Source of the DNA: Octopus vulgaris
Taxonomy: Eukaryota
DNA length: 64,000 nt
NCBI GenBank assembly: GCA_951406725.2
Contig: OX597839.1
Span: 9,920,001 to 9,984,000 of the forward strand
Direction of reading: 5' to 3'
The notes under the pieces: model-generated
Told to the model about the DNA's origin: nothing
What the model saw: only the letters and a program-made list of their open reading frames with translations
Databases searched by the model: none
Program-made: the position numbers and the translations under genes
Shown here: piece after piece, positions 63,380 through 64,000 of the stretch
Layout of the letters: the number at the start of each line of letters is the position of its first letter
Position numbering within the stretch: the first letter of the stretch is position 1

Positions 63380-64000
63380 ATCACTACAATTGTTTCCATG
63401 CAACATAGTTCTCCAGGCTTGCAGGCATTTGGCTATGTAACTGTTTCCCTGCATTATGAGATCTAGTTGTGTTTCTTCAGGCCATGTATAAATATTGCCT
63501 CTGTAAACTCAAATTCTCACCTTCAAGTGCATCCTACCTGTCTGTTGTAGCCTGCGAGTTAGTAGTAGCCACTGAATATGTATGTAAACGTATGGGTGTG
63601 TATAAATGTAGATATATACAAAACGATATATGTGTACATGTAAGCCAACCATCTGAATTCTTAAAGGTCAGCCAAGGACAATCACAAGTGTAGTCCACCA
63701 TGAGGAATAAATCAACAGTACAAAGAAATCAAATGCCAATCTCTTTCAAATGATAATCCCTGTTAAAGTAGCAAAACCACCATCCCACTCCATCCATACA
63801 TTCAAAGAGGTTTACCAACAGACTTTCAGCCATGACACATTTCTTGATACATTCAGTGGCTACTACTAACTTGCAGGCCACATAAGACAGATAGGATGCA
63901 CCTGAGGCTGAGAATTTGAGCTTACAGAGACAATATTTATATATCGCCTGAGGAAATACTTGATTTCATAATGCAGGAAAACAGTTACATAACTAAATAC
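63380..64000. mobile_element. Long diverged inverted repeat, probably Penelope-like or MITE termini (runs off window)
   Basis: About 63425-63580 is the reverse complement of about 63849-64000. Confidence 0.65.

Overview
AT-rich, repeat-dense eukaryotic genomic DNA. The SINE/MITE/LINE repertoire and microsatellites are typical of an Octopus (coleoid cephalopod) genome; this is inferred from recognised repeat families. Most ORFs in the supplied track are repeat-derived noise. Manual GT-AG splice and phase tracing supports three intron-containing genes. (1) A minus-strand zf-CW + PWWP chromatin-reader gene (ZCWPW1/2-like, about 14 kb down past position 1) whose CW exon is present in two copies with compatible splice phases. 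(2) A complete plus-strand 7-coding-exon UPF0764/C16orf89-like secreted protein gene (20817-29225, about 377 aa). (3) A minus-strand gene of unknown function with at least 9 exons (62487 to about 31.8 kb, 5' end probably outside the window), including a 29-nt microexon and a last exon readable in two frames. The rest is tRNA-derived SINEs (one family forms multimers with an invariant junction), Merlin-type MITEs with 8-bp TSDs plus a Merlin transposase remnant, Tc1/mariner, hAT, piggyBac-like and Helitron elements, CR1, RTE, Tx1 and Penelope-like remnants, several hammerhead-ribozyme-like motifs and small local duplications. Exon coordinates were counted by hand; repeat boundaries are approximate.
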